A stretch of 64,000 nucleotides of DNA from Tricharina praecox (Eukaryota), in assembly GCF_024521635.1 (NCBI RefSeq), contig NW_026250406.1:1426001-1490000 (forward strand), read 5' to 3'. Made by a program: the position numbers and the translations under genes. Under the pieces are notes generated by a model. The model was not told the DNA's origin and did not search any database. It saw only the letters and a program-made list of their open reading frames with translations. How positions within the stretch are numbered: the stretch's first letter is position 1; every line of letters begins with the position of its first letter. Shown piece by piece: positions 1 through 11,960 of the stretch.

Positions 1-1425
1 AAGAAAAATCAGTGTCATCTTAAAAGCGGAGACAAGGTCGGTTAAGCTTCGAACTCACAGAGGTTTCGATATTAGAGGCATGAGCAATTTACATCATCTT
101 CCTTCTCCGTACCCACTTCATTACCAGTCACGCGGTGCTTGAAATCACTTTCGTCGTCGGTACTTGACATTAGATGACATTTCCCGAAGATTTGATTGAA
201 ATAAAGGTTGAGAGGAAAGCTCCGCCAGACTTGGATGGCGAGGCGGGGGAGGGAAGGGAAGCATTTGGGGCAGAACACGACGGCCCAGCAGAATACTGTG
301 TCTGCGGCCTGTCTAGGGAGGCGACGAGTGACGATATGTGACTGTCTATTCTTGGTGCCATTTCCAGTGTACTTGTTTTGGTACGCAGCGGCGCCGTACG
401 GTACTGACCGGTAGCGTGGTTGCTAGTCGGCCGAGCGGTTGAGACGCCGCTACCGGCCAGCACTGTGTGGCCTCGCTGCCTAACAAATAAGGCTGCGGGC
501 GAAATATATTGAAGAACTTTCTACCTCTCCCTCATCGCCAACGAAGTTGACGATCTGGGGGGGCTTGATGTCGGCGAGCGTGGCACTAAGCATCTGCGAA
601 TCAGGAATGAAGAACCGGCAACGATAGAACGAACCGGAGATTGATCGCGAGACGGCCGTTGGGCAAAAGTAATGCGAAGCTGCATTCATGTAAATTCTAG
701 TCTGCATGTAGTGTAAGGTGTGTCACGTGATACTACCGAGTGATATTTACATATGGTGTCCCCTCGGTCACTCCCGGTACGAACGCAAAAACTGTTACCA
801 CCTCCTGCCGGTAAGAGGCTTGAGTACCGCAAGAACCAAATACAGAGGTCTTCTACCCGGGCTGAACTCAGCAATTTCACTCAAATCCCCTCGCCGATTG
901 CATGGCCCAGAGCATTAGACTACGCGGTGGTTTTTGCCGTACTGGAAACATTAATCCGATACCTATGAAGCGCGGGTGCACTCACCACGAAGAACCTCAG
1001 CCGCAAGACTGTCTGCGTTGAATGAGCGATCAACATGACGTATGCTTTGAATGGATCTGATGCGAATTCTTTCTACGTTTGAACGAACGATAAAGACAGC
1101 ACGGTTATCACGGCGAGGAGCAGCACGAGGACACGTTATTTGCGACGGGGCCAGCGAGCTATTCGTCGTCACACAACGGGCAAGAATCGATGTTCGTCGC
1201 CGTACTTCGATGTCTACCTGCTCTTCCTACAGCCGGTACGCCTTGTTCTCCTATGACGTCCTGCAGTACCACTATCACCGCGGATCTAGCACTCTGGCCT
1301 CTTCGTCGTTTGACGCCTGATATTTTGTAGCTTGCTTACAGCCATATACCATCTGGGTAGAAAATAAACGGGCACTCTGCAGCATCGGTGCTTGACGAAG
1401 TGACGGTTGAGAATGCCAAAGGAGA

Positions 1426-1640
1426 TGAGATCCCAGACGAATATTCCCGCTCTTCCTTGTGGCCGCGGGTGGCACACAGGAAGCGGGATTCCACGAGGGA
1501 TATTTTTGTCGTCCTTTGCAGCCGCGGGTGGCCCGCAGGAGATGATGGAATCCCACGAGGAATATCTCTATTCTCCCTTACAGCCGCGATTGGCCCGCAG
1601 CAGATGCGATCCCACGAGGGATCTTCTCACCACCCACTGT
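1426..1640 (+). repeat. Degenerate ~60-bp tandem repeat, about 3.5 units
   Basis: Recurring GA(A/T)(T)CCCACGAGG(G/A)AT...(C/T)AGCCGCG(G/A)(G/T)TGGCCCGCAG units starting near 1428, 1486, 1548 and 1608. Confidence 0.75.
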
Positions 1641-2092
1641 GCTTCATAGCCGTGTTTGCCTCGCGGATTAATGTAGCAGGCTTGTTCCCGACGCTCTTGC
1701 ACCGCGGATGGTCGCGACCAGACGAGCGTATGATATCGAACTCGTAGACGGTAGTAGTAACGATTCATCTATTTGCGAAATCACCTTTGAAGCACTGGAA
1801 CCTGCACAAGATTCTCGACCAACGAGTCTTCCAAACGATCAACACCATACACAGACAACCACAAACCCATTCTCCACGCAATCCGGCACCAGATTTCCCA
1901 CAGAACCCGTTCTTCAGAAAGCCACCAGGACGCACACCCTCACCTACAATTGTTGCGCAAACCAGTAACCGAAGCGGCAATCCGCAGCGAATCCTCCCAA
2001 AGCAGATCCTTTACGCTTTGATATGGCGCCCCAACGTAGGTCCCGATCTATCTACCTAATATGTAACTTCAAATAACGGATTATGATCTCTA

Positions 2093-2600
2093 GCCACCAT
2101 TAAACTGTCGCTGTACTACCGCAAGCCACCGCCACATCCGGTCGGTATCCCGATCTTTCCCGATCGGTTCCAGGCCCAAGTGTTCAAGCCCATCCTCGAC
2201 ATCTTCGGGGTGACAAATTATGACCAAATCAGGTTTGATTTTCGCTTCGAGGTGCTGCGGATGTTCCGTCAGCAACCGGAGCTGATGGGTTTGCCGGTCA
2301 GAAGCACGGCTCAGAAGGACGATTACGTGCTGCATCTGGCAGTGGGACCTGTGCCGTCAAGAGGTCGAGCCGCTCCTCACGAAGATGGACGACTATTTCG
2401 GCAACGTGGGACTGGACGAGCGACACAAGAGACACGCGAAGGGATACCTCCTGTATCTCCTGATATGAGTCATTGCTCGGGCTGGGCGGCACGCGGACCG
2501 GCATAACTTCGACTACGAGGCGGCGGCAAGGGGGAGCTCGGGCAATTAGACGTAGATGGAATCATGGAATACTGTTGGTGGACAAGGGCTTCAAATGCGG
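2093..2600 (+). pseudogene. Disrupted hypothetical protein gene
   Basis: Protein-like reading FKPILDIFGVTNYDQIRFDFRFEVLRMFRQQPELMG..., continued after a frameshift by QWDLCRQEVEPLLTKMDDYFG...KGYLLYLLI*VIARAG. No family recognised. Confidence 0.35.
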
Positions 2601-3561
2601 CTGTTTGGAATTAGAGGACCCTGCGAACGGTAGCGATTGAGTCGGGCAATGTGTAGTCCCACTCCTTAGATAGCTGTTTTCTTTGCTTTCTGTACTACCA
2701 CAAATGCTATCGAATACTGGACCTTCTTAATGCAGACTGCTTTTATTGTTTCGCAGTCGACTACCATCGACTGCCGCAGAGCCGACCGTACAGGAGTAAC
2801 ACTTCCTAGGAATGCCCCCATTGAATCGACGACTCTGAACGGAGTGCACATCTGGATGGCAAAGTGTAGAGCTGGTTGCCAGGCTGTAGCTTTTGTGATC
2901 ATCCAATGCCTCATGTGATTCATTACTGATTACCCATGCTGCGGCGGAGAATCGCCATGATAGAGACTTCAATTATAGCCTCACTAGAAACTCGTCCAGG
3001 CTCTGCACTTATTGCGGGAATACTCAAATACTCGAGTGCCGTCGACAGTCGTCCGTGCCGGTGAAATGTTAGACAGCCTGACTACACACCCAGCATTCCA
3101 TCTGATGGACTCGACTATCGCGAGCACTTCCTACCCAGTATGCGAACGGGTATCAATAATTGGATAATCTGGGAATCAGCACTAATGCTTGAACAATTTC
3201 GCGCTGAAGCCAGGATCCATTCAGGTTGTGTATGTATTTATGAATCGTTCGTTGTCTAGTATTACCTCCCGAACTTTTCATTTCTGTCATGTGTTGGTTT
3301 CCATCCGCTGTGTTACATGCGAGGATTTCTCGCGTGGCACCCTCGGGTGTATGTACGACTAGGGTAAAAGGTACATAGCGTGGGCGGGCCGCGGTCATCC
3401 TGGAGATCTGCGAATATGTAGCCCAATGCGGCAGCTTTCGCCTCCACCCGGCCCCCGGGTGGCAATTACACCGCGGAGGCGCAGTATGCAGCATGTCCCC
3501 ACATCAGTCGATATAACCATTGCGATCGCCCTCGCATTCATGCAATCCCCCAACAACCAAC

Positions 3562-5715
3562 ATGTCTTCAACTCGCGCCCCCGATGAGGCCGACCCGCTC
3601 GCAGCCCTCTCTGGCGTGCAGCGCCAGGAGCTGATCCGCCTAGTCATGTCGATCGCAAAGCACATGCGTCACGCACTCCGCCTCGCCACCAGCACCCCGC
3701 AGCCCTCCTCCGACAAACGACTCAGCACGCGCCTCTACCGTCTGGCAATGCGCAGCTTCGATGGGTGGCGTGACGAAGTTCTTGTGCGGATCAGCGCGGT
3801 GCTGCAGGTGCCGGTGCCGAAAGACGTGGACGACAAGCGAGAAGTTACCCCGCACGAAGACCCGTTCCTGCACGTGCACTTCCCGCCGTTCGCGACAACT
3901 CTCACGCACCTCGAGAAGCGAGAGGTTATCGTCGAGTCGCTGCTGCTGTTGCTGCTCTCGCTGAAGTCGTATGATGCACGCTCCCGCGTCCTACTCCTGC
4001 ATGTCGTGTCCTCCCTCGCCCTCCCGCTCGACTCCCTCCTCGACATCGAAGCGAAAACCGCCAAGACGCTCCTCGAAACCGTGCAGATGACTGCCGAAGC
4101 CGAGTCCGCGAAGCGCGTCGAGGCGTCCCGCTCGTCGAACAGATGGAAGATCGGACTGGCGTCCGTCGCGGGGGCCGCGCTGATCGGTGTTACCGGTGGT
4201 CTCGCAGCACCAGTTGTGGCGGCAGGTATCGGAAGTTTGATGGGGGGCGTCGGACTCGGTGCTGTGGCAGGGTACCTTGGTGTTGTCGCTGGCAGTAGTA
4301 CCATCATTGGTGCGCTTTTTGGGGCGTACGGCGGGAGAATGGGCGGGCAAATGATGCAGCGGTATGCGAAGGAGGTGGAAGATTTCAAGTTTATCCCTGT
4401 CGACGGGTCCTCCGAATCGCGATTGCGCGTCGGGGTGGCAATAACGGGCTGGGTTGTCGATGGGGAAGCGGAGGTTGTGGATCCCTGGCGGAGTGTTGGC
4501 GGGGGTCTCGAAGCCTATGCGCTGCGGTGGGAACTCGACGCGTTAACGGAGCTCGGCGTATCGCTTTCGGAGATCTTGACCAGTACCGCCATGAGCTGGG
4601 TCAAGCTCGAACTCGCCAAAATCACCCTATCCGCTGCGTTATACTCCGTCATCTGGCCGTTGGCAATGCTCCAGACCGCGCGCGTCATCGACAACCCGTT
4701 CTCGATCGCGAAGCACCGCGCCGACAAGGCTGGGCTGGTTTTGGCGGACGCGATCATCAACAAGGCGCAGGGAAATCGGCCGATTACGCTCGTCGGATAC
4801 TCTCTCGGCGCGAGGGTGGTTTATAGCTGTCTCCGCTCGCTTGCGGAACGTGGTGCTTATGGTATGGTGGAGAATGTGGTGTTGATGGGCGCACCCGTGC
4901 CGGCAACAGTGGCGGAATGGCGGGAGCTCCGCTCGGTCGTGGCTGGGAGAGTCGTCAATGTCTACAGCAAGCAGGACTATGTCCTCGCATTTCTGTATCG
5001 GACGAGCAGTGTGCAATTGGGTGTGGGAGGGCTTCAGGAGATTCAGTTGGAGGGAGTGGAGAACGTCGATGAGGGAAAGCTGGTAAGCGGGCATTTGATG
5101 TATCGGCATGCGGTTGGAAGGATCCTGAAGGGCCTATTGGTGGGAGATATGGTGCTTGCGGAGGTGGAGAAAGGAGAGATTACTTTGAAGGATCTGGTCG
5201 AGCAGGAGGAGAGAGCGGCGGACCGGACGATCAAGATGGTGGAGAACGACAAGGAGATGGAGACAAAAAACGACACGAGTAACGAAAGCCAGAAGGAGGT
5301 CTCCCTGCTCGACTACGAAGCGTCCGAACCGGTGAAGACCATGCATTTCGAGACGCTGCATACTGACCACCGCAACGGACCTAGCAAAAACCGATTACAG
5401 ACGCAACATCCGCTCGATTCAGACGTCGGCGAACTTCAGCAACTCGAAATGAGGCCTGATCAGCAACACGGCCTCAGCAAGAACCTGTTACAAATGAAAC
5501 AGCCACTTGATTTAGACGTTGGCGATCTTCAGCAGTTGGAGGCAAGGCCATACACTCCCGTGTCCGAGCCCGATCCTGAGGTAAAGGATCTAGAGTCGGG
5601 AGAGCACAAAGCAATCCCAGAGGAGGATCGTGAGCGGAATATGGATGCTGTTTTGTCACGTGTGGAAGCAAAGCTTGCTGCGATGAGGATGAAACGCGGG
5701 GGAGCGAATAGATAG
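3562..5715 (+). CDS. DUF726 family (TMCO4 / yeast Mil1-like) membrane-associated alpha/beta-hydrolase-fold protein, 717 aa, intronless
   Basis: Long ORF; first ATG at 3562 (the track start is TTG). Family hallmarks: YDARSRVLL, WKIGLASVAGAALIGVTGGLAAP glycine-rich hydrophobic segment, IDNPFSIAKHRADKAGLVLAD, nucleophile elbow LVGYSLGARVVY, VENVVLMGAP, NVYSKQDYVLAFLYR and a C-terminal GH. Confidence 0.93.
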   Translation: MSSTRAPDEADPLAALSGVQRQELIRLVMSIAKHMRHALRLATSTPQPSSDKRLSTRLYRLAMRSFDGWRDEVLVRISAVLQVPVPKDVDDKREVTPHEDPFLHVHFPPFATTLTHLEKREVIVESLLLLLLSLKSYDARSRVLLLHVVSSLALPLDSLLDIEAKTAKTLLETVQMTAEAESAKRVEASRSSNRWKIGLASVAGAALIGVTGGLAAPVVAAGIGSLMGGVGLGAVAGYLGVVAGSSTIIGALFGAYGGRMGGQMMQRYAKEVEDFKFIPVDGSSESRLRVGVAITGWVVDGEAEVVDPWRSVGGGLEAYALRWELDALTELGVSLSEILTSTAMSWVKLELAKITLSAALYSVIWPLAMLQTARVIDNPFSIAKHRADKAGLVLADAIINKAQGNRPITLVGYSLGARVVYSCLRSLAERGAYGMVENVVLMGAPVPATVAEWRELRSVVAGRVVNVYSKQDYVLAFLYRTSSVQLGVGGLQEIQLEGVENVDEGKLVSGHLMYRHAVGRILKGLLVGDMVLAEVEKGEITLKDLVEQEERAADRTIKMVENDKEMETKNDTSNESQKEVSLLDYEASEPVKTMHFETLHTDHRNGPSKNRLQTQHPLDSDVGELQQLEMRPDQQHGLSKNLLQMKQPLDLDVGDLQQLEARPYTPVSEPDPEVKDLESGEHKAIPEEDRERNMDAVLSRVEAKLAAMRMKRGGANR
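5365..5550 (+). repeat. In-frame ~90-bp (30-aa) tandem duplication in the C-terminal tail of the DUF726 gene
   Basis: SKNRLQTQHPLDSDVGELQQLEMRP versus SKNLLQMKQPLDLDVGDLQQLEARP. Confidence 0.85.
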
Positions 5716-6380
5716 TGGTCGATAAAGTGGCGCAAACGAATATAACAGTAATTTCATCAACCAATGAAGCCGTGGGTATGATTGCGGTGCACAGTGACGG
5801 GTGTAAAGCCCGTGTAGATCGTGGAAGTGGGGGGTTTCCAGCTCGATAAAGCTGATTCAGAGTGAATGCGCTGGAAGTGCATACGTGAAGATCGACAATC
5901 GCCGCCATATTCAACATCAAGTGGGCTTTTTTAGGCGGCAATGCGATAGCATATCCATCCATATTTTCAGAACAGCCCGTCTGTACGGGCTCCGTAGGTT
6001 TCCAAAAGAAGAATCGATTTAGGCGCTGTGATCTCTGTCGCTAGCTCTATTCTACACCCCCGGCCTATGATGCAACCAGCCAACGAGATAATGCCGCCCC
6101 ACATGAAGCCTGCAACGCCACAACAGCATAACTCACGTGATGGCGTTGTTACCACCACCGTTCTCTACCAAATATAAAGTTGTGACTGGGTTTCGCTTAT
6201 GTTAAACCCTAATTTCATCCCACAGACCCTTCTACCACACACACAACCCTCGCTCCATCCTACTTCTACTTTGCACCCATCCATTTTCCCTTCTTCCCCA
6301 CAATCATCTCTCTTTCTTGCCCACTAGCATCCCCAATCAATGCTACTTAGCAACCATCCTTCGAACGCCCCTCCACAACA

Positions 6381-7400
6381 ATGCCGCTCATCAACCCCGC
6401 CTCCCACAACAACAACAAGACAAGAAAAAGAATGGCCGGCGAAACCATCTTCAATGTGGGTACGCCCAGCGAGGACGCAGCCGCCACGACGGAACACACC
6501 CAAGCACTGCCGGTCATTGCCGACGATTCTTGGGTCGAAAACTGGGACTTGAACGTCCTTCACTGCGGATCTTGCGAGAGACCGTTTGTGACCAAAGACG
6601 TGTTGCTTTCTTCGCCGCGCACATGTGAATGTGAGAACCTTTAATCTTCCCACCCGCATGGATGGTACATACTGATGCAGACCTATAGGCAGTGGCGCAT
6701 GACTCCCGTTCGGGCGGGAGTTGGTCGCTTCCGCAATCCGTTGCGGAAACTGGCCAAGAAGGGAGGAAGCAGAGAGGGGGCCTGTGTGGGTGGAGTAGGG
6801 GGTAAGAACCGATCACATTTTCTACTTTTACTGTTAGTTCATACTAAGCGACCCATAGGTTATCCCCCACTCCGGTAGCTGCGCACAGCCTAGGAGCTGT
6901 TGTGCGTGGAATAGGGGTAAGAATCGCCCACATATTCTGCTTTGATTGGTCGTTCATGCTGACTGAGTCATAGGTTTTCCCCTATTCCACATTGGCTCAC
7001 TGCGGGGAGGGGATGTGTCCTTGAAGAAGGAGTAGCTGTGTGCGGAGGAGGGGCAATAGATGAAAGACTGGTCCGCGAACCACAACACGGACTGCGGTTA
7101 CTCCAAACTCGGGGACGATGCGCTTGGTAATACGTATCACCTATTTACGCAGCGTTACTCGATGGAGGAAGACTAGTGTTGGGTGTGGAGTAGGGGTAAG
7201 AATCGGTCACATTTTCCTCTTTTACTGGTATTGCATACTAATCGATTGGTAGGTTATCTCGCACTTGGACTACACGATCGAGGTTGTCATCTCGATGTGA
7301 TCGAGGGGATCAAAGCCTTCTATATTTCAGGGGGCTTCCCCCTCCAACAGAAACAGCATCAACTGGGATCTCTGCGATGGATAGGGGTTGGTCATTAGAG
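6381..7400 (+). pseudogene. Degenerate multi-exon gene built from repeated exon+intron units
   Basis: An ATG ORF at 6381 with a CGSC motif, then three homologous ~57-bp GTAAGA...CT(A/G)A...TAG introns (6802-6858, 6917-6973, 7196-7251), each preceded by GTGGA(G/A)TAGGG. Confidence 0.5.
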
Positions 7401-7411
7401 TTTGCGATCAT

Positions 7412-7879
7412 TGTCAAGAATATTGATGATGAAGATAGGGATGAATAGATGGATAGAAAATGTTCAGTTAATTCTTTACTACTGGTCGGGCTAGATAGGC
7501 CCTCTATATACACGTTCGTCTGGGCCAAGGCAGAATACTCTTACTTGAGAGATACTCAGGTCCTTCCGCTTCTGAGACGAGCAGTGTTCTACATAGACCA
7601 GTCCCGACCAAATTTGGGTATAGTCGGGTTGGTCGGGATATATTCCGGCAAAAAAAAACTCTCGTCTGGTCGGTTGGGGTATATCCCGACTAAAAAAAAC
7701 TCTGGTCTAGTCGGTCGGAATATATCCCGACTAAAAAAAACTCTCGTCTGGTCGGTCGGTCGGTCGATCGGTCTGGTCTATGTAGAAAGCGGGAGACGAG
7801 CACGGTCCGTGCCGCGTCAGCAGGTGGAGCCATTGGGATCGTGAGTCTACTAGAGCCTTCCGGACGTCTAATCTTGACA
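7412..7879 (-). mobile_element. Solo LTR with 5-bp TSD, interrupted by a MITE
   Basis: Ends TGTCAAGA...TCTTGACA; ATCAT direct repeat at 7407-7411 and 7880-7884; reverse-complement homology to 23731-24004 and 39631-39879. Confidence 0.9.
7582..7792. mobile_element. hAT-type MITE (211 bp) nested in the solo LTR
   Basis: 8-bp TSD GAGACGAG (7574-7581 and 7793-7800); imperfect TIRs CAGTGTTCTACATAGACCAG / CTGGTCTATGTAGAAAGCGG; internal ~40-bp tandem units and GGTC-rich subterminal repeats. Confidence 0.9.
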
Positions 7880-8778
7880 ATCATGAAGCAAACGATGGGT
7901 TGCGGGAATTTACTGTTTGCATGAGTGTGCGAAGCGTTAATGCAATACCTTTTTTGGGGCAACATGTGTTATTCGACTATCTGAGCGCATGGTGGATGTG
8001 TCGTGCTGTCTTTCCTGTTTGCATAATGCTCCATTCTACCCACTCTAGGCACCCCATAGCGAACTGTGACTCCTTGTGACCTTGTCTTGCACTCGCACTG
8101 TGGACTGGCCCAGACGAAGGTATATACCAACTCCGCATTGCCGTGAATATCTGGATCCAACGAATATCCGGGTCGTAGCAACCGTCAGGACATATATCAT
8201 AGAGGTACTCAGGGTAAATGATGCGTGGGTTTAGAGTGGTAGCGGTAATGGTTTCTTCGTCTTTGTTTTGTCGGAAGCTGTGGGAGCAGAGTGAAGTAGT
8301 GCTCACATCGAGCACGCATGCGCAAGGAAAAGGATGCGTAAAAGAGGGAGTAGCAGTAGTGATGAAGCTGGACACGCCGCTGAGCCTTTGAGAGGACAAG
8401 ACTTGTCTCCGCGCGCCCATCGCCCCACAGGAACTGCGCTTCGGGTCGCACTTTGCGAGTGATATATGCTGTATTAAATGCCACAGGACTGAGTAGCAGC
8501 TGGCAAAGTGTTGACGCCACGCGAGAAAATTACACGAATAGTATATGATCCTACGAACGCTCTCGAGCAATCCAGGCGCACAAACAGCCGTCGACTCCGA
8601 CGCTTGAACATGGCGATCCTTTGTGTGCAATTCGCATACGACTCGAAGCGGCATTCATCCACCGTTCTTTGATTCACTCCCTCTTATTCTCTCAACCCAC
8701 TTTGTGCATTCGAAGCCCCTGTTTATCGGTGAGTACTGTCTGAACTCACCTTGGACACCCCGCAACCCTGCCACAGTT

Positions 8779-9054
8779 ATGTACACCCGCAAGGCAACCT
8801 GCAGATGCATGATCAGCTCGCGATGCAAGCTTTTCCGGCGGTCTGGATTAGTCGTCGACGCTACGCAAGGCGTCAAGTTCTTCCCCTGCGATCACTATAT
8901 CCAGGCGCTTTGTCTAGCGAAGTGGGCGAAGAAGCAGGTTGCGGGGTCCATCGACGAGCATGTGCTCCCGTGCAACTGTAAGGTCCTTTACTCAGTGAGG
9001 GAGGCGGCTAAGATGTATTACGACGAGTTTAAGCATTTGCTGAAGACTCAGTGA
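8779..9054 (+). CDS. Small RING-finger-like protein or remnant (91 aa)
   Basis: TCRC...FFPCDHYIQALCLAKW...LPCNC resembles the RING pattern PCxHxxHxxCxxxW...CxxC with one ligand changed to Q; an upstream GTGAGT...CAG intron-like stretch at 8729-8776. Confidence 0.45.
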   Translation: MYTRKATCRCMISSRCKLFRRSGLVVDATQGVKFFPCDHYIQALCLAKWAKKQVAGSIDEHVLPCNCKVLYSVREAAKMYYDEFKHLLKTQ

Positions 9055-9246
9055 AGCAGGGAATGGACTGTGCGTCCTGTGGCGGTGAGATTTCTGGTAC
9101 CATGTATCTGGAGGTTATAGACGGTGTTTTTACATTCTTTTACCAGTATTTGGTAGCAATACAAAAGAATCTTGCGCATTAAAAATGTTGCCAGAACGCG
9201 TGCTTTAGCCTGACTCCTTCGACTAGAATTCAATCAGAGTTGACAA

Positions 9247-9774
9247 CAGGCCTGGGATTCGTCCGTCCCGTCCGTCCTTGTCTATGCCCCGAACGAGACG
9301 GAATTTGTCGGGCCCGGAATATCAAGGACTATAGGGCTCCGGGCAAACCGGGGGCGACTGGGGCACCATTCGGGCCCGGAAATTCGGCGCTAGTACTAGC
9401 CTGGGGCAGTAGCGCAGTGGCGCAGCAGGCAGGAATGATACTAAGGAGTTGGCAGCACGGCGAAGAATAGACGACTATAGGAAGTAGACGGCCAAGGAGA
9501 CACCTCTGCCGGCAGATCTTAAACTCTGTGGATGTCTGTTTCTCGCTGCTTAATCTCGTATCCGATCCGATCCAAAATTTTCATTGGCCAAAATATTCCA
9601 GATAGCCGGCACCGTACACTTAATAGCCAGCTACTTCCGCACTAAAGATTTCCGGGCCCCGGGCTTTTTGGACCTGGGACGGAGCCGTGTCGTCCGGCCA
9701 AATGCTTGCCCCAGACGGGACGGCGCCGCTGGGCCCCAATAGTTTTCCGTCCGGGCGGACTATTCCCAGGCCTG
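9247..9774. mobile_element. Non-autonomous hAT-type DNA transposon (528 bp)
   Basis: 8-bp TSD GTTGACAA (9239-9246 and 9775-9782); 19-bp TIR CAGGCCTGGGA(TTC/ATA)GTCCG with 2 mismatches; CCGTCC and GGGCCC subterminal repeats; no transposase ORF. Confidence 0.92.
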
Positions 9775-11073
9775 GTTGACAATTCCATTCATTGTCCACG
9801 ACATTCGGTGACCGAGGTAATTGTAGTATAGTGCAAGTTATTGAACAGGGTGGGAATGCGGAAGACTCGAGAGAAGCAAGGTGAAGACAAACGTAACGAT
9901 GACATTTTATTAAAGTGAGCTGGGAAGTATGTAGTTGGGCCAGTCAGTACCAGACGATTTCGGCACTGTCATCCACCACCGCTGATCGCCTCGCAATGGA
10001 ACATCCTTGGATAAAATCGAATAAGCGAGCACGTTAACTAGATCCTGGCCTTCAAAAAGGACGTTGAGTTAACCTTGTCGTGTCGCTTATTCAAATCGTA
10101 CATTCTCGTCAAGGGTGACCATTGGCGTGGCTTCACGAGCTACATAGCTGACGAGGGAGATGATACGGCTGTAGATTTGATGCCCAGAATTTGTTGCCAT
10201 CTTTTTTTGTTGTTTCGGAGTATAAGTTTTGACTAGGACGCGCATGTATCTCCGCAATTCAAAATCTTCCGTCCTTGCTGGGCTTGGTGTGACTAGCGTA
10301 GCCCTAAAGTCACGTGGATGAAACCGGGTAAACGATTGTCCGATGTGATCGCGGGTTGCTTCACCCCCACCCACACCAACTCTTCCTTCCTGCTACATCC
10401 TGCTCGACACATCCACCTTTCAAACCACCAAAGCATGCCCAACTGTTTTCCCTCAGGAGCCGTTTCTCATCGACCACCGAAACTATTGACAACCTACTTG
10501 GGTATGAATCATTTATTGCTATGTAAGTCGCACAGTCCAACAGCAACCCGGCAACATGTTGTCGACCAGGCCTGGTCTCTGCTCAAGGTTTACCTAGAGT
10601 TACTCTAACCATCGCCGCCTATAGATTTTACTCCATCGACTCACATCTCTCCTCATCCAGTACAACCACAGCCCATCCACTTGCGGCGGGCGCGCAGAGT
10701 CGCCACGCATTGCCACGAATCGCCGCTTTGCTCAACATACTATTACGGTGGCTGGCGACTGTCGATCGCCATATTACTGCGCGTCCCGCGGAGAAATGGG
10801 CATCATCAACATGCCCAAAATCGCACCACGGTGCGGTTCCTCTCTCCCAAACCGATTGGAGGCAGCAATGCCCAGCTGTAGAAGTAATCCTGGTTCCCTG
10901 AATCCCATCTACGCCAGAATCATACCAAAATGAACCAGAAAGTTTCTACGATCGATCGTGGGGCTCAGGTATCTCGTGGCCACTGGCCATGCACGCTAGC
11001 GGCAATGCGGATGCCTAGCATCACGGGGAGGAGACGTTGAAGGACATCCGTGGCCTGTGCGTGGTTCCAGTGT

Positions 11074-11960
11074 CAGTGGTGTGGTGATCAGGAGAGATCC
11101 CTTCCTCTGGCAGGGTGGAACCGTATGCATCGGAGTTGTGATACTTTTCACTTTTCTGTTCCTGCTTTAGGGGACCTGAAGGTCCCACGGTGCGTGGTAT
11201 GCGCTATGAGGCTTTATTCGGGCCGGCTCAGCCCGAAATCCGACCTGATTCCTTCCTGACCGTTGGACCACTTCATCGGATGAAGTGAGTGGAGGAATAA
11301 GAAGCCCCGGGGATACTTGGGCAGGACAACGCATGATATTATACCCCAAAGCAACCATTTTGCCTGCAGGAGGTAAGGTCGTATCTGAGATATTCAGGCA
11401 ATTTCTGACGCTGACTGGAACATGATTTACAGGCAATACGAGGACCCTGAATTCGTCCGACATATATCGAGGCCATAAGCACCCACGTCATCCCGATGCC
11501 CTTTGCTACGCCGCTCAATGCCAGTGGTGCGGTTAGCCGCAGCGTTCCATTCCTCCGGCAGGGTGGAATCGCACGCAACGGAGTTGTGAGATACTTTTCC
11601 GTCCATGATTTAGGGGACCTGAAGATCCCCCATGGACGGTGCGCGGTATGCGCTGTGAGGCTTTATTCGGGCCGCCTGAGCCCCAAATCTGACCTGCTTC
11701 CTTAGTTAGAGGAGAAATTAAAGACCAACCCATAACCGGTACGAGGTTTGAATCTCAATGGTGGGGTTATCCGCAGTGACCTCTTCCTCTGCCAGGGTGG
11801 AATCGTATGCAACGGACTCGACCACTACAACACCGGCTAGCCTCCTTGAAGGTCCCCCATGGCCGGTGCACGGTTTGCGCTGTGAGGCTCTATTCGAGCC
11901 AGTCGATAACGAAATCCGATCTACTTCTTTACGGACGGTTCGTCCACCTTATCGGATATA
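11074..11960 (+). repeat. Three diverged copies of a ~200-bp coding-like module with a CxxC motif
   Basis: Copies start near 11074, 11522 and 11757 and translate to LGDLKVPRCVVCAMRLYSGRLSPKSDL, LGDLKIPHGRCAVCAVRLYSGRLSPKSDL and LKVPHGRCTVCAVRLYSSQSITKSDL. Confidence 0.8.

Noticed and set aside
72..278. Gene start MSSTDDESDF on the minus strand at the window edge
   Set aside because: Short, no recognisable family, and splice sites are uncertain; it cannot be supported without the adjacent sequence.
3640..5962. Antisense and alternate-frame ORFs over the DUF726 gene
   Set aside because: These are shadow ORFs of a GC-rich coding sequence.
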